DNA of 64,000 nucleotides from an uncultured delta proteobacterium (GTDB taxonomy: Bacteria; Desulfobacterota; Desulfomonilia; Desulfomonilales; Desulfomonilaceae). This document shows, piece by piece, positions 30,738 to 41,559 of the stretch. Under the pieces are notes generated by a model. It saw nothing but the letters and a program-made list of their open reading frames with translations. It did no database searches and was not told the DNA's origin. The translations under genes and the position numbers were made by a program. Numbering within the stretch: position 1 is the first letter of the stretch; each line of letters opens with the position of its first letter. The stretch spans positions 224,001-288,000 of the forward strand of contig CAWBKB010000007.1 of assembly GCA_963789265.1 (NCBI GenBank), read 5' to 3'.

Positions 30738-32148
30738 GTGGAAAAGTGCGTCAAGGACCTGGAAAGGTCGATGACGGTGGCGGGAATATGTATAGCTTGC
30801 TGGGCCCTGTTTGCACTTTACACGGCGCTCGACACCAGAGGTTTCTCCCGCTTCCCGGAACGGCCCGGCTTGATAAACTACGGGATGCTGGCCGAGGCCT
30901 TTGCGTCAGGGCAGGTTTATCTTAAACAGAAGGTTGACCGGCAGCGACTCAACTCGCGCCGCCCATTAGACCCCACGACGCCTTGGCCGTTCATGTTCGA
31001 CGCCATAATCTGGAACGGCAGATATTACCTTCACCAGGAACCACTTCCAGGATTGATTCGTGCCGTGGTACTTTACACCACAGGTCTTGCACCGCCCACA
31101 GGGGCTGTTGTGGTAACGTTCACTTTCGGAGTATTGATCCTTCTTGGTGTGCTGCTTCGACTTATTCGGCGAATCTACTTTCCCGAATCACCAACTTGGA
31201 TGGCTTGGTACATCTGGCTCTCATTCGGCCTTTCCGGCATTCAACTCTTTGTTGCCAGTGGTCCTGTTGTGTACAATGAAGCGATAGCGGAAGGATGCTT
31301 TTTTGTTTTGGCGGGGTGCACGTTGCTGGTTCGCGGCTTAAGCGGCGCTCGTCACAGCCTGATGGCGGTGGCAGGGTTTGGAGCATGCTTCGGCGCGGCT
31401 ATTGCTTGCAGAGTTTTTCTGGTTTTGTATCCAATGTGTTTTTTGCCGATTTTTCTCGTCTTTTCGATCATCCGTAGGGAATCTGTCGGCATGATGACAA
31501 AGTGGGCCTTATCATTTGCCTGCCCTGTTTTCTTGTCAATTACGGGCCTGCTCACCTACAACTATCTTAGGTTTGGAAACTGTCTGGACTTCGGCAAGTC
31601 GCACATAATCTTTCCAGGATATTCGGGCTATCTATACATTACCATCGGTGGCCACTTTTTCAATTGGAGACACGTTCCACATCAGCTTTATTACTACCTT
31701 CTCTCGCTACCGCGGATAGTGAGAAAATTCCCTTACCTCCGCTATCCTGACGAGAGTCTGTGGACTAATGGTGTTTACATTTGCAGAGAGTTGGTCTGTT
31801 CGATATTCGTTACTATGCCTGTTTCTGTTGCTTTCGCTGCCTTCCCCGCTTGTTTTCAGACATCGCAATGCAGGTAATGACCTGACTTTAATTCTGGCAT
31901 TTTTTGGGGTGTCATCTCTGACAATCCTTGCAGCTTTGTCTTCTTATTACTATGCTTCAGCTCGCTATTATTACGATTTTGCTCCTATCCTCTTCGTTCT
32001 GGCTTTCTGCAGTCTGGCCGTGCTCTGGGATCGTATCCCCGACCATTCTGGAGCCAAGAAGACAGCCAAAGCAGTTCTGTTACTTCTCTTTTTCGGCAAT
32101 GTGATGATGGGCCTACTACTGGGTGGCACGGGCTCGCTGTCTGGATAG
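30738..32148 (+). CDS. Multi-pass membrane protein, GT-C-like, frameshift near 31820
   Basis: Y..LAEAF..GQ, D....NGRYYL, YNYLRFG..LDFG, and C-terminal RYYYDF.P. Confidence 0.75.
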
Positions 32149-32403
32149 GCCAACGATGAGTCTTTGAGGGAGGCACCGCACCACGATATAGTGCTTTGCG
32201 GACGGAGCGTGAGTGGGGTACGTATGAAAAAGCAGGAAGGCCGTTCACCTGAGCGAGTTGTTCTCGGTACGCGGAAATTAGGATGAAGAACCGTCGCTTG
32301 ATCCTGTAAGTGCTCTTTTGGCTTGCGGTCGCAGCATATTTCGCGTCTCGCAGGACGGTGATCCCGCGTTCCGCGTGGATTGATCGCCTGGTGAACGGTA
32401 ACC

Positions 32404-33258
32404 TTAATAATAGTATATGAGTTCCCCGAACCATCCGCCGATCACGACGTCGAAGTCGGTTGAACCCGAGGCGTCCTTGAAAGCTTGAGAACTTTGGAAC
32501 TGCAAAGATGTCTGGCGATACCCCCCTTTGATGGCGACAGTCCCAAGCATGGTCTCGGGGCTTGCCAATCCTCCGGAGATCTCCCAATCGGTGACCTTTG
32601 TCTCTGATATCGGCCAACGCGCACGCACTTCTAATAGGGGCGATATTCCCCAGAAGTTCATCACCGGGTTGTAAATCCCGTGAATGCCCATGGTTACGGC
32701 TGCATTGCCGGTTATGCTCTTCCCGCCGGCGGTTTCAACGGATTCAGTAAAGTTGGGAGCGAACAAGTCGAAGTCCATGTCCACTCCAAAGCGGGTCCGG
32801 CACCGCTGATAGAAATCCAGGTCCGCCCCAAGCCGCAATCCTGTATATGAGAATCTTGCAGTGGCTCCAGGTTGGCCGGGCACATTTTGAAAGCGTGATG
32901 ATTTGGCGAAATCACTTATTTCATAGTAGAGTCGCCCAGATAGCCGGCTTAGCTGCACCCGTAGCATGTAGTCCAGGAAGAAGTGTCCGTCCGTCAAGTT
33001 GAAGGTGTCCCTGAGATCCCAGTCTTGCCCCAGGCTAGGTATAGTCTGCTTCCCGCTGACGATCCGGGCCCAAACTACCCTCCCTCTCATTTCTCCCTGG
33101 AGCCAGGGTAGGGAAATGACCGGAGAGAAACCGTCCAGGAGCCCTGACAATTCTTGGGCTCCGGCCGATGAAACTACGGCCGGCACCAACAACACGGCCC
33201 AAACTATGGCTGGGGCCAAATGAGACAGCGAACGGCGAAATAGACCCTTTATCGGCAT
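32404..33258 (-). CDS. Putative outer-membrane beta-barrel protein
   Basis: Signal peptide, alternating amphipathic strands, aromatic C-terminus GWFGELIYYY. Confidence 0.65.
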   Translation of the reverse strand: MPIKGLFRRSLSHLAPAIVWAVLLVPAVVSSAGAQELSGLLDGFSPVISLPWLQGEMRGRVVWARIVSGKQTIPSLGQDWDLRDTFNLTDGHFFLDYMLRVQLSRLSGRLYYEISDFAKSSRFQNVPGQPGATARFSYTGLRLGADLDFYQRCRTRFGVDMDFDLFAPNFTESVETAGGKSITGNAAVTMGIHGIYNPVMNFWGISPLLEVRARWPISETKVTDWEISGGLASPETMLGTVAIKGGYRQTSLQFQSSQAFKDASGSTDFDVVIGGWFGELIYYY

Positions 33259-33529
33259 TCAGACCTCTTCTCTGGGTCTGTCCAAGGCATTACAGACGGG
33301 GGTATCTGTAGCCTCCCTTTTGCACAAAGTCAAGAATATTTATGACATTAGATTAACGGATTATGACATATATTAAATGTTATAGGACAGATATATAAAA
33401 CAAGCCAGTGTAATATATGATTTATATCCTCCCCCAACTGTAGACTTGAACATCTGCATTTGCGGAAAACAGGCAGCCGGCGAGCATCAAGCCCCCCCCG
33501 TACACAACGGAGGAATCCGGCATAAGGCG

Positions 33530-34171
33530 CTATTCCGCTATGCAGGATAGATATTTCGTAATCAGATGGTCCAGTACTACGTGCACGTCCTCAACAGGAC
33601 CGTATTCACCATTGTCCGTCTCCACATGGATCACATGCCGAGCTATCTGTTTCATCTTCCCGCCGTCAAACCCGACTATGGCAACCGGCACTCCACCGTT
33701 TTGGTCTGCGTACTCGAGCGCTTTGACCGTGTTGGGCGAATTTCCGCTGGCCGAGATCCCTACCACCACGTCGCCGGGCCTCATCAAGTTTCTGAGCTGC
33801 CAATAAAAGATGTTTTCGTAACCTATGTCGTTGGCCAGGCACGTGATGAAAGCACTGTTGGATGTCAAGCTGACGCAGCGGAACGGTTTATGCCCTTCAG
33901 GGGACGCGCCGAACCCGAAATCGTTTGCGAAATGGCACGCCGTGGCCGCGCTGCCGCCGTTCCCGAGGAAAAAGATTGTGCTTCCTTTCGAACGGGCCTC
34001 CAGGAACAGATCGATAACACGTCCGATCGCTGTGCAATCAAGATCGCGCAGGATTCCTATGAGACGCTCCACGTACCCGCGGGCGAACTCAGGGCCGCTC
34101 ACGTTCCGCGAATCGCCTTTCCCCATGCTGGATATGTCCACAGCCTTTCGCGTCATATTACACCTCAACAT
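33530..34171 (-). CDS. gmhA: Phosphoheptose isomerase-like SIS protein
   Basis: GNGGSAA.A.HFA.D, T.LAND.GY..IF..QL, ISASGNSPN, EDVH...H. Confidence 0.85.
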   Translation of the reverse strand: MLRCNMTRKAVDISSMGKGDSRNVSGPEFARGYVERLIGILRDLDCTAIGRVIDLFLEARSKGSTIFFLGNGGSAATACHFANDFGFGASPEGHKPFRCVSLTSNSAFITCLANDIGYENIFYWQLRNLMRPGDVVVGISASGNSPNTVKALEYADQNGGVPVAIVGFDGGKMKQIARHVIHVETDNGEYGPVEDVHVVLDHLITKYLSCIAE

Positions 34172-34256
34172 TTCCGATGCGCCTTTTCAGCCACAGTTCC
34201 CGAGTCCCTTCCGAGTGGAAGAATCTCGCAGCAGTACCCCCATGGCTAGGTAATCG

Positions 34257-34452
34257 TTCACCGCGGAGAACGCAGAGACCGCGGAGAATTCTATTTTCTC
34301 CGAACGCTTATGCGAATTGTGTACAGCAGGTTCCAGTATGTGATCCCACGACGCGGGAAGGACAATGCCGACCTGACTGTACGCGCGGTGATTGACGTTG
34401 AATTGAACAAACTATCCTTTATCTCTGCGTTCTCTGCGGACTCTGCGGTGAA
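34257..34452. repeat. Second, inverted copy of the ~196-bp MITE-like element
   Basis: ttcaccgcggagaacgcagag ... ctctgcgttctctgcggactctgcggtgaa; interior homologous to 12340-12535. Confidence 0.8.
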
Positions 34453-34480
34453 TCTTGAGGCCCGCTGAACGGTCACATAG

Positions 34481-36500
34481 CTACTTTACCAATCTCTTTG
34501 CTTGGTTGGCAAAAACCGCTGACCCCAATGCCTTGGTCGGGACGGCCACTGGTCCCAAAGCAGCGGGCTGAACGGAAAAAACAGGATCGTATTCCGGAAC
34601 AATCTCTTTCAGAATGCGGCGTACTTCCGTTTCATCATTACCCGTTCGCACCATTTCCACAGCATTATCTATTTTCGCGATGATCTTGGAGCCCGGGGCG
34701 TCTATTTCGTTGAAAACCTTTATTTTAGCATGTGAGGTCGCGAGGCACTCTTCGCTATCCTGACATATTTCTTCCGACAACTTTTCACCAGGTCTAAGGC
34801 CGATAAATTCTATGGGAATTTCATCTTCTTGCTTTCCCGATAGCTGGAACAACTGGTGTACCAGGTCAACAATTCTGATTGGGTCACCCATATTCAGGAC
34901 CATGATCTGGCCGGACTTTCCAAGAGCGGTAGCTTGCAGTACCAGCGCGACCGCTTCCGGAATGGTCATGAAGTATCTGCGCATATCCGGATGGGTAATA
35001 GTAACAGGTCCTCCCCGGGCGATCTGGTCCATAAATATCGGGACCACGCTACCTTCGGAGGCAAGGACGTTTCCAAACCTCACTGATAGGAAGCGCGTGC
35101 GGCTTACGCGGCCAAATGCCTGACAGTAAATCTCACATACTCTCTTGGTTGCGCCCATGACGCTGATGGGATTAACGGCTTTGTCTGTCGATATCAACAA
35201 GAAGCGCGAGACGCCGAATTGATCCGAAGCCCTGGCCAGCGTCTGGACTCCTTCAACATTGTTCTTGAAGCACTCCACTGCATTGAGTTCCTGCATGGGA
35301 ACGTGCTTGTAGGCCGCGGCATGGAATACCAGGTCCGGACGTAACTTTTCAAATTCATTGTCAATTCTAGCCCGGTCCCTCACGTCGCACAACAGCGGGA
35401 TTACCACGCTGTCCGGAGCAAATTCCAGGAGCCGCCTGTGCACGAAAAATAAACTATTTTCGGAACGTTCCACTAATATAAGGCTCTTCGGCCTTCGTTT
35501 CAGGACCTGACGGCAGAGTTCGGACCCGATGCTCCCCCCCGCGCCTGTAACGAGAACAACTTTGCCCGCGATAAGGTTTCTGAACCTGCTCAGTATCTAT
35601 TTTGACTTCCTCGCGTCCAAGCAGGTCTGAGAGGGTGATATCCCTGAGCTGAGTCAGGGTTGATGATTCGGCTATGATTTCCACTAGAGAGGGCAAAGTC
35701 TTGACTGTTAAGTTTAAGTTCTTCAGAGTGTTATAAATGCGCTTCATCTGGGCGCGATTTGCAGAAGGAATGGCCACAATTACCAATTGGACCGGATTAT
35801 CCCGAATGTAATCCGGAATGTCTTCCACCTTGCCCTTTACTCTAATACCGTGAATCGTTAACCGCTGCTTTTTCGGATCGTCGTCGAAAATTGCCTCCAC
35901 TTGGAACTGCGACTCCGGATTTCGAATAATTTCACGAACGATCATCTCGCCGGCATCGCCTGCTCCGACCACCACCGCCCGCCGCCGCGTGCTGTTCGAA
36001 TCCCCGCGGCGGACATAGAGTCGAGCCCGCTCACGGAGAAGCCTCATGCCTACGCGGGCCCCACCGATCAGTACGGTGCTCGTGAAGAAGTCTATGAGAA
36101 TCACCCCTCTAGGAATTCGCAGATATTCCCGGATCATGGGCAACAAGAACAGCGCCAGGGCGCATATAAGGCCGTGCAGCAATAATGTCGGGATATCGCT
36201 CAGTCCCACATAGCGCCAGTTGGTGGAATGCGCTTTCAAAACATAAAAGAAGAATATCTTCAAAAAAACTACGTACGGTAATAGGAGCAAGCGCTGGTGA
36301 AAAAATTTGAACGGAACCCGAAAATCAAAGCGGAATTCGTAAGAAAACCAAAAGCTGATCGCAGCAAGAAGAACGATTATGGCGAAGAGCAAATGATTGA
36401 AATGAACGTACCGTCCTACAAAGCTCAAAGCCTTTTCGGCCTGTTTCAGGAGTCGATTTGTTGTAGACGGATTGTCCGGAACCGGCATCACAGATCTCAA
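34481..36500 (-). CDS. CapD/PglF-like nucleoside-diphosphate sugar 4,6-dehydratase, one frameshift near 35583
   Basis: Four TMs, GAGDAG, DLLGRE, VTGAGGSIGSELCRQ, HAAAYKHVP, STDKAVNP..VMGATKR, RFGNVL.S.GSV.P, GLRPGEKL.EE. Confidence 0.93.
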
Positions 36501-36751
36501 ATTTGAAAGGAACCTCCCGGCGGGATCGGCTCAATAGCAGCTCAGCAAAGCCTACTCGACAAATTATGAACCGGTCGAACTGCAAAAGCAAGCCGCGTTT
36601 AACAACCGTTTTCTGCTCTCCGACTTGCTAATAATCTTGATAGCCCTAGAGTTCAAGAGTGCTTGATCATTTCTTTGCGGACAAGTAATCCTGTTATCGG
36701 CAGAATCATCGCAAGACAAGGACCAACCTTCGGCATCACGGAGCACATGAA

Positions 36752-37912
36752 TTGAACCAATTCGACTTTGAATCTCCGGCTGAAGATTCACCCGGTTTCA
36801 CCAAACTCGGCCCGGCTTCCAACGAAACCCTATCGGGTGTCGTCCGTCGGCTCGTAGCGGATTTAAGTACGGATCGACCTGTCGGTCCGGATCGTTGCAG
36901 CGATTGGACTACTCATCATATCTCAACGGCCTTGTCCCAAGGCATCGGCCCGTGGCTGTACAGGGCTCTTGAGGACCATCCCGAGGTTGAACTGGCGCCA
37001 GATTTCCGTGAGAGGCTCAGCCAGGCATACGCGCAATCCATGATTCACAGCCTTTCGAACCAAGCGTGTTTTCGAGAAGTTGTTGCCTTTTTTGCGAGGG
37101 AACAGATACCTGTGTTGGCCCTCAAGGGGGTCTATCTCGGGACTTTTGTTTACAGAAACCCTGCTCTCAGGCCGATGTGCGATCTGGATTTGTTGGTACG
37201 CGAGGAACATTTTGCTCAGGCGAGGAAGCTCTTGGACAAGCTGGGATTCGGGATCGGCGCGGAGCCGCTACAAGGGGCGTACAGTAAATTGCAGCCCGCA
37301 CTGGCTTATATTCGGCCGGGAACGATTCCGTGCGCAGTGGATCTTCACAGCGCACTTTTATCAATGGATTACTACAGCTTCCCTTCTTCGCTCGTTTGGC
37401 AAGACGCGGTGGAGGGCCAACTTTATGGGCAGCCTGTATTCTTCCTGTCAAACGAGCTTAATTTTATCCATCTGGGAATCCATACGCTGACCCACCTCAA
37501 TCTGATACGTGACTGGCTCGATCTGATTCTTTTTTTGCGCCGTATTACCCTTGACTGGGACAGGCTGGCCTCGTTAGCGGGATCGCTTGGCGTCTTGAGG
37601 CCGTTGTATTGGGTTTTTCGCGACCTTAATGAAAAATGGGGGGTCCTGGCACCGAAGCGGTTTGTCGGTTCACTCGCCGCTTATGTCCCGGCACGCATGG
37701 AAGACCGGGTAATCCGGCACAGATTCAGGTACATCTGGCGAATAGTGGCTAGACTCCGACTCCTCCCTAGTTGGGAACTTCGACTACGGTATTTGCGTAT
37801 GAGGATATTCTCTCCGGCCGGTCAAGGGGACCAAGCGTTGGGGCTGCGAGGGCGCCTAATGTTCGTATTATCTAAAGTGAACTTGCTGGTGGCCTTTTTC
37901 CGGCGGCGCTGA
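36752..37912 (+). CDS. Nucleotidyltransferase family protein (NTP_transf_5 type, lasso-cluster associated)
   Basis: LKG..L...Y..P..R...DLDLLV, VDLH, HL..H, W..D. Confidence 0.85.
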   Translation: MNQFDFESPAEDSPGFTKLGPASNETLSGVVRRLVADLSTDRPVGPDRCSDWTTHHISTALSQGIGPWLYRALEDHPEVELAPDFRERLSQAYAQSMIHSLSNQACFREVVAFFAREQIPVLALKGVYLGTFVYRNPALRPMCDLDLLVREEHFAQARKLLDKLGFGIGAEPLQGAYSKLQPALAYIRPGTIPCAVDLHSALLSMDYYSFPSSLVWQDAVEGQLYGQPVFFLSNELNFIHLGIHTLTHLNLIRDWLDLILFLRRITLDWDRLASLAGSLGVLRPLYWVFRDLNEKWGVLAPKRFVGSLAAYVPARMEDRVIRHRFRYIWRIVARLRLLPSWELRLRYLRMRIFSPAGQGDQALGLRGRLMFVLSKVNLLVAFFRRR

Positions 37913-37924
37913 TTTGGAGCTTCG

Positions 37925-37986
37925 TAGTGGGACAGGCTTCCAGCCTGTCATTTTGTTGATAGACAGGCAAGATGCCTGTCCCACTA
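37925..37986. repeat. REP doublet, family GTGGGACAGGC...GCCTGTC
   Basis: tagtgggacaggcttccagcctgtc / gacaggcaagatgcctgtcccacta, between convergent genes. Confidence 0.85.
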
Positions 37987-38059
37987 ATACAATGGCATAG
38001 GATCAGCGTTTGTTGATCTCGATCTAACGACGCTTTTCCTGAATTATGAATTGGACCTC

Positions 38060-39865
38060 TCAGCTTGCCGTCTTTTCCAACAGGCCGCGACTCTTGAACT
38101 TGTCCTTAAACACTTCCGGCAGCCTCACGGCCTGCACTTCTTTGGTGCCGTGTTTCTTGAACAACACCTGACAACCGGCATGTTCTCTTATTTTTGGTAT
38201 AAATTTGAAGCGACTTGCCTTAGCCTCACTAATGAATCCAAGCACGTCGTGAGAGAATTCCTCCACAAGCATTTGCCGGTCCACGGTTTCGGCGGTGCCG
38301 GCTGCATGCCAGGTCAAATCGAATTTTATGAAGTCGTGGATCGGGTGGTCTTCGAAGCCCAGGTCGTTCACCACTTGCCTGACGAAGACAGAAATAGCGG
38401 CCAAAGAGTGCGAGTCGCCCAAGTGGTTGAAGATGTTGTCGGATGGAAGCTCCAAATCGACTATCCGTTCAAGAAGACTATCCGGATATCCCAATTGCGC
38501 GTCTCTCAATAGCAAGAAAGCCGTGTAACGCATGTGCAACAGGTTGAGCATTAGATACGTGACCCGGACGAAAAGCTCTCTGTCAAGATGCTCAGGAACG
38601 TAATGATAAAGCGTTGAAAACACCTGAGGGTACTTCTTTATAAACTCCATATCCACCGGAGTGGATGGGTAAACGGAGAAATCCGATAGATGTTGGTCTA
38701 TGGCAAGGGAGTGCCCGTACTGCTCGTACAATGGGCTCCCTGGAAAAGGCACGAGCAGGCGGAGATGCAAGGCGGCTTCGTCCCTATCTCCGGAGAAATA
38801 TATCTCGAGCATAAGACTCATAGTTTGGGCTACATCCTCGATCCGTTCCCGAGGAAAGCCCACGATAAATCCGCACGTGGCCAAGATGCCCAGTTCGCAG
38901 GCTTTGCGGACGATTTCGGGCGCGCGATTCAGCTTCAACTTCTTATTCACGATCTTCTGCATTCGGGGCGAGCCTGTTTCGATGCCGAAGAATATTTCAT
39001 CGCACCCTGCCTCGGCCATTTTAGAGAGCACTTCGTCGTCCACAGTGTCGACTCTTGAGAAACAGCTCCACGGTCTGCAAAGATTTTCTTCTACCAGGGC
39101 ATCGCATAGGTCGAGCAGCCACCTGCGATTCAGCGTCAAGAGATCATGCTCGAACCTAAGCTTCTTGGCTCCGAAATCGGCAACGATCTTCTTCACTATT
39201 TTGATTACGTTTTCCACAGACCTTTGGCGAAATCTTCCTTCAGCCATTTTGTTGGAAACACAATAGGAACATCTGAACGGACATCCACGACCCACGTCGA
39301 TGGGAATGTATTCCATCAACCCCATGGAGGGAAACAGACTGTAGTCGGGCAGAGGAAGAGTGTTCAAATCTCGTACAGGAGAGGCGTCGGGAGTTCTCAC
39401 TATCTTTCCGGCGTGACGCAATGTCAGTCCCGGGACCGACAGCAGGGCTTCCGGGTCGTCAAGCGATGCGATAATTCTGCCAATCGTATGATCGCATTCT
39501 CCTCGAACTACAACATCTACTTGTGGGAACACTTCTATGGTTTCCCTGTCTGTGTTGGAGGCCTGAACCCCTCCGAAGAGGATCTTGACGTTGGGTCTTT
39601 GTTCCTTAACAATTCCTGCGAATTTGACCAGGTCGAAATAGAAATTGCACCATGCGGAAAAGCCAACCACATCGGGGCCACGTGAAATAATCGTGCCAGG
39701 GACATCGGAAAAAGTTGGGTTTGAGCTTATGGCGTTTATATCAAGGATCTCGACGCCAAAACCGTCTTTGTGTAGCACTGTCGCCAGAGAAAGAAGGCCC
39801 AAGGGAACGTACGGCTCCGGACCTTTTTCTTTCAAAATAGGATTTGGAATGAGGAGAATCTTCAT
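38060..39865 (-). CDS. B12-binding radical SAM protein
   Basis: PLGLLSLA..L, PDVVGFS, VVRGE, RGCPFRCSYC, FGIETGS, FIVGFP.E. Confidence 0.93.
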   Translation of the reverse strand: MKILLIPNPILKEKGPEPYVPLGLLSLATVLHKDGFGVEILDINAISSNPTFSDVPGTIISRGPDVVGFSAWCNFYFDLVKFAGIVKEQRPNVKILFGGVQASNTDRETIEVFPQVDVVVRGECDHTIGRIIASLDDPEALLSVPGLTLRHAGKIVRTPDASPVRDLNTLPLPDYSLFPSMGLMEYIPIDVGRGCPFRCSYCVSNKMAEGRFRQRSVENVIKIVKKIVADFGAKKLRFEHDLLTLNRRWLLDLCDALVEENLCRPWSCFSRVDTVDDEVLSKMAEAGCDEIFFGIETGSPRMQKIVNKKLKLNRAPEIVRKACELGILATCGFIVGFPRERIEDVAQTMSLMLEIYFSGDRDEAALHLRLLVPFPGSPLYEQYGHSLAIDQHLSDFSVYPSTPVDMEFIKKYPQVFSTLYHYVPEHLDRELFVRVTYLMLNLLHMRYTAFLLLRDAQLGYPDSLLERIVDLELPSDNIFNHLGDSHSLAAISVFVRQVVNDLGFEDHPIHDFIKFDLTWHAAGTAETVDRQMLVEEFSHDVLGFISEAKASRFKFIPKIREHAGCQVLFKKHGTKEVQAVRLPEVFKDKFKSRGLLEKTAS

Positions 39866-40777
39866 GTTTTTCCGGTCTTATCGGCTTGCGCTCCATTCAA
39901 AATGCCCTGCTCCAGCAGTTGCACCACATCTGACATAGTCGCGGCAGAGCGCGGTCTTATCAATCGCAGCGTCGGCACCCTTTCACACAGCTTCGCACAT
40001 TGATGGAAGTAGGACCCGGGCCTGGCATCATGCATCAGGCGAATCCAGTACCGAGTGGCGGACCAACTCAAACACCGCTCTATGGCGACTCACGTTTTCG
40101 ACCCGAACTGAAGGACCCTCCTCTAGGATGTACAAACGATACAGCGGCACGGCGTGTTGAGAAAATTCACCAGAAAATCGCCATGTAATCTTTTCTTCAA
40201 GAGGGTGTAATCCTTGGCTTTCTTGCGTAGAGCAACCAAAATGTTTCGCAGCATCGGGGAGAAGTTGTAGACCTGGAAAGCCGGGATATACCGACGCACC
40301 TGCACCGCCGACATCCACCACGGTGACGTCATCAGCTATCACTGCGTGGCCTCTGGAATGCAGAGCGGCTGCTATGAATGATTTTCCCGCGGTAGAGTCG
40401 CCCAGGAAGGCAACCGCGCCGCAGCCTAAATTCACGCAACTCGCGTGCAGAGTAACGTAACCCCGTTGATGGAGCAAAATAGAAAGGCCCAGAGTCTGGG
40501 CCAGCCCACCGAGCAATTTAATGTCACTTCCCGGTGCGGGTTGGCCTATGATTTCACGGCCATGGCTGACTCGGCATCGGCCCATCTTGTGGTAGGAGAA
40601 ATAGGCATCATCGGATTTGAGCTGCAGACACAAAGGGGTACCTACATCAGTAGGCCCCAGGGGCTCGGGCTTTCCAAGACGCATAACCACGTCGGCAGGG
40701 GCTTCCTGCTCGATCAAATCGGGGAGCGCAATGTCGCATTGAATCCCCATTCCATAAGCAAGATAGGAATACATCAA
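39862..40777 (-). CDS. HPr-kinase-like lasso peptide kinase, frameshift near 40045
   Basis: LHASCV....AVAFLGDSTAGKS...L..RG...IADDV; continues in ORF 39862-40071, which overlaps the rSAM start (ATGA). Confidence 0.85.
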
Positions 40778-40938
40778 GAATGGTTCCCAAGACCTTGCTC
40801 GTTTTGGCCTCCCTGGCCCGTGTGCTCTGTAAGCCTCTCAACCGCGCCATGGACAATCAGCTCGGGGGGCGTGTACGGCTTCTTGGTCTGGGCGTCTTTG
40901 GTTTCCGAGGCGGGAAATTCCTCTTGATCCCGTGTCAC
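40774..40938 (-). CDS. Lasso peptide precursor (54 aa)
   Basis: AAAGGAG RBS and GTG start. YTPPELIVHGAVERLT is an exact YxxPxLxxxGxxxxxT leader. Predicted core HTGQGGQNEQGLGNHS. Confidence 0.88.
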   Translation of the reverse strand: MTRDQEEFPASETKDAQTKKPYTPPELIVHGAVERLTEHTGQGGQNEQGLGNHS

Positions 40939-41029
40939 GGGGCTGGCTCCTTTCGTCCATTTGTTGCGGTGGACTTTTTCCCAATACATATTGATTATAG
41001 GGTTGATTCTCGAGTGTGACAAGCGGACT

Positions 41030-41371
41030 GTCGTCTCTAAACATGTGACGCACCGGATGACATCTTCACTCCGCATATTGGACCTATGCAGAAGCCACTA
41101 CTTGGTCACGGAAGTACTTGCTAAGATCTCGTGCGGTTCGTAAGTCAACTTTTCGTCCGCCCAAGAGTTCGGATAGCTCTCGTTCCATTCCGGCGATCCG
41201 AAGCAAACCGGGAATGTGTTCCGGATCAAACTCCACAAGAAAGTCTATATCGCTCTCCGGCCCGAAGTCCTCTCGCAAGTACGATCCGAATACGGACAGT
41301 TTCCGGATGTGATGGATTCTACAGAACTCTTCGATGAAATTCTTGGGAATGTCGGGACGCTGTCTGTCCAT
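41030..41371 (-). pseudogene. Decayed MNT-HEPN pair: MNT with premature TAG at 41084, plus a frameshifted HEPN stub
   Basis: Paralogue of 3399-3707, reading ...DQVVASA*VQYAE; the stub MRSEDVIR/RHM matches MREDDRIRLRHM. Confidence 0.8.
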
Positions 41372-41412
41372 GTTATCCCTCCGTCGGATATTACTTCGGT
41401 AAATTGCAGCAA

Positions 41413-41480
41413 AACAGCACTGACCTGGCGTCGGGGACGCTGCCAAGTCAGTGGCACCCAACATCCGGTCCTGGGTGCCA
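41413..41480. repeat. Second copy of the 27336-27416 REP-like element
   Basis: gcactgacctggcg...gtcagtggcacccaacatcc..gtcctgggtgcca shared. Confidence 0.65.
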
Positions 41481-41559
41481 CGGATCTGGGCTTTGCCAGA
41501 TCCGTGCTGGATTTAGCTGATTCTTCATTGTATGATCGCGAAATGATATAACACTGGCT

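Noticed and set aside
27503..31255. Diversity-generating retroelement TR/VR pair, suggested by A-biased differences
   Set aside because: No reverse transcriptase; the repeat is 570 bp at a gene 5' end; changes are only A/G transitions and one runs in the opposite direction.
40774..41076. 100-aa ORF as listed in the ORF track
   Set aside because: It is a chance fusion of the HEPN stub with the precursor; the RBS supports GTG at 40938.
2919..41086. Amber/pyrrolysine read-through at in-frame TAGs (3168, 30313, 41084)
   Set aside because: The expected residues differ (Ser, Trp, Glu), each one base from TAG; the PIN gene also has a TAA; all lie in decaying mobile genes.
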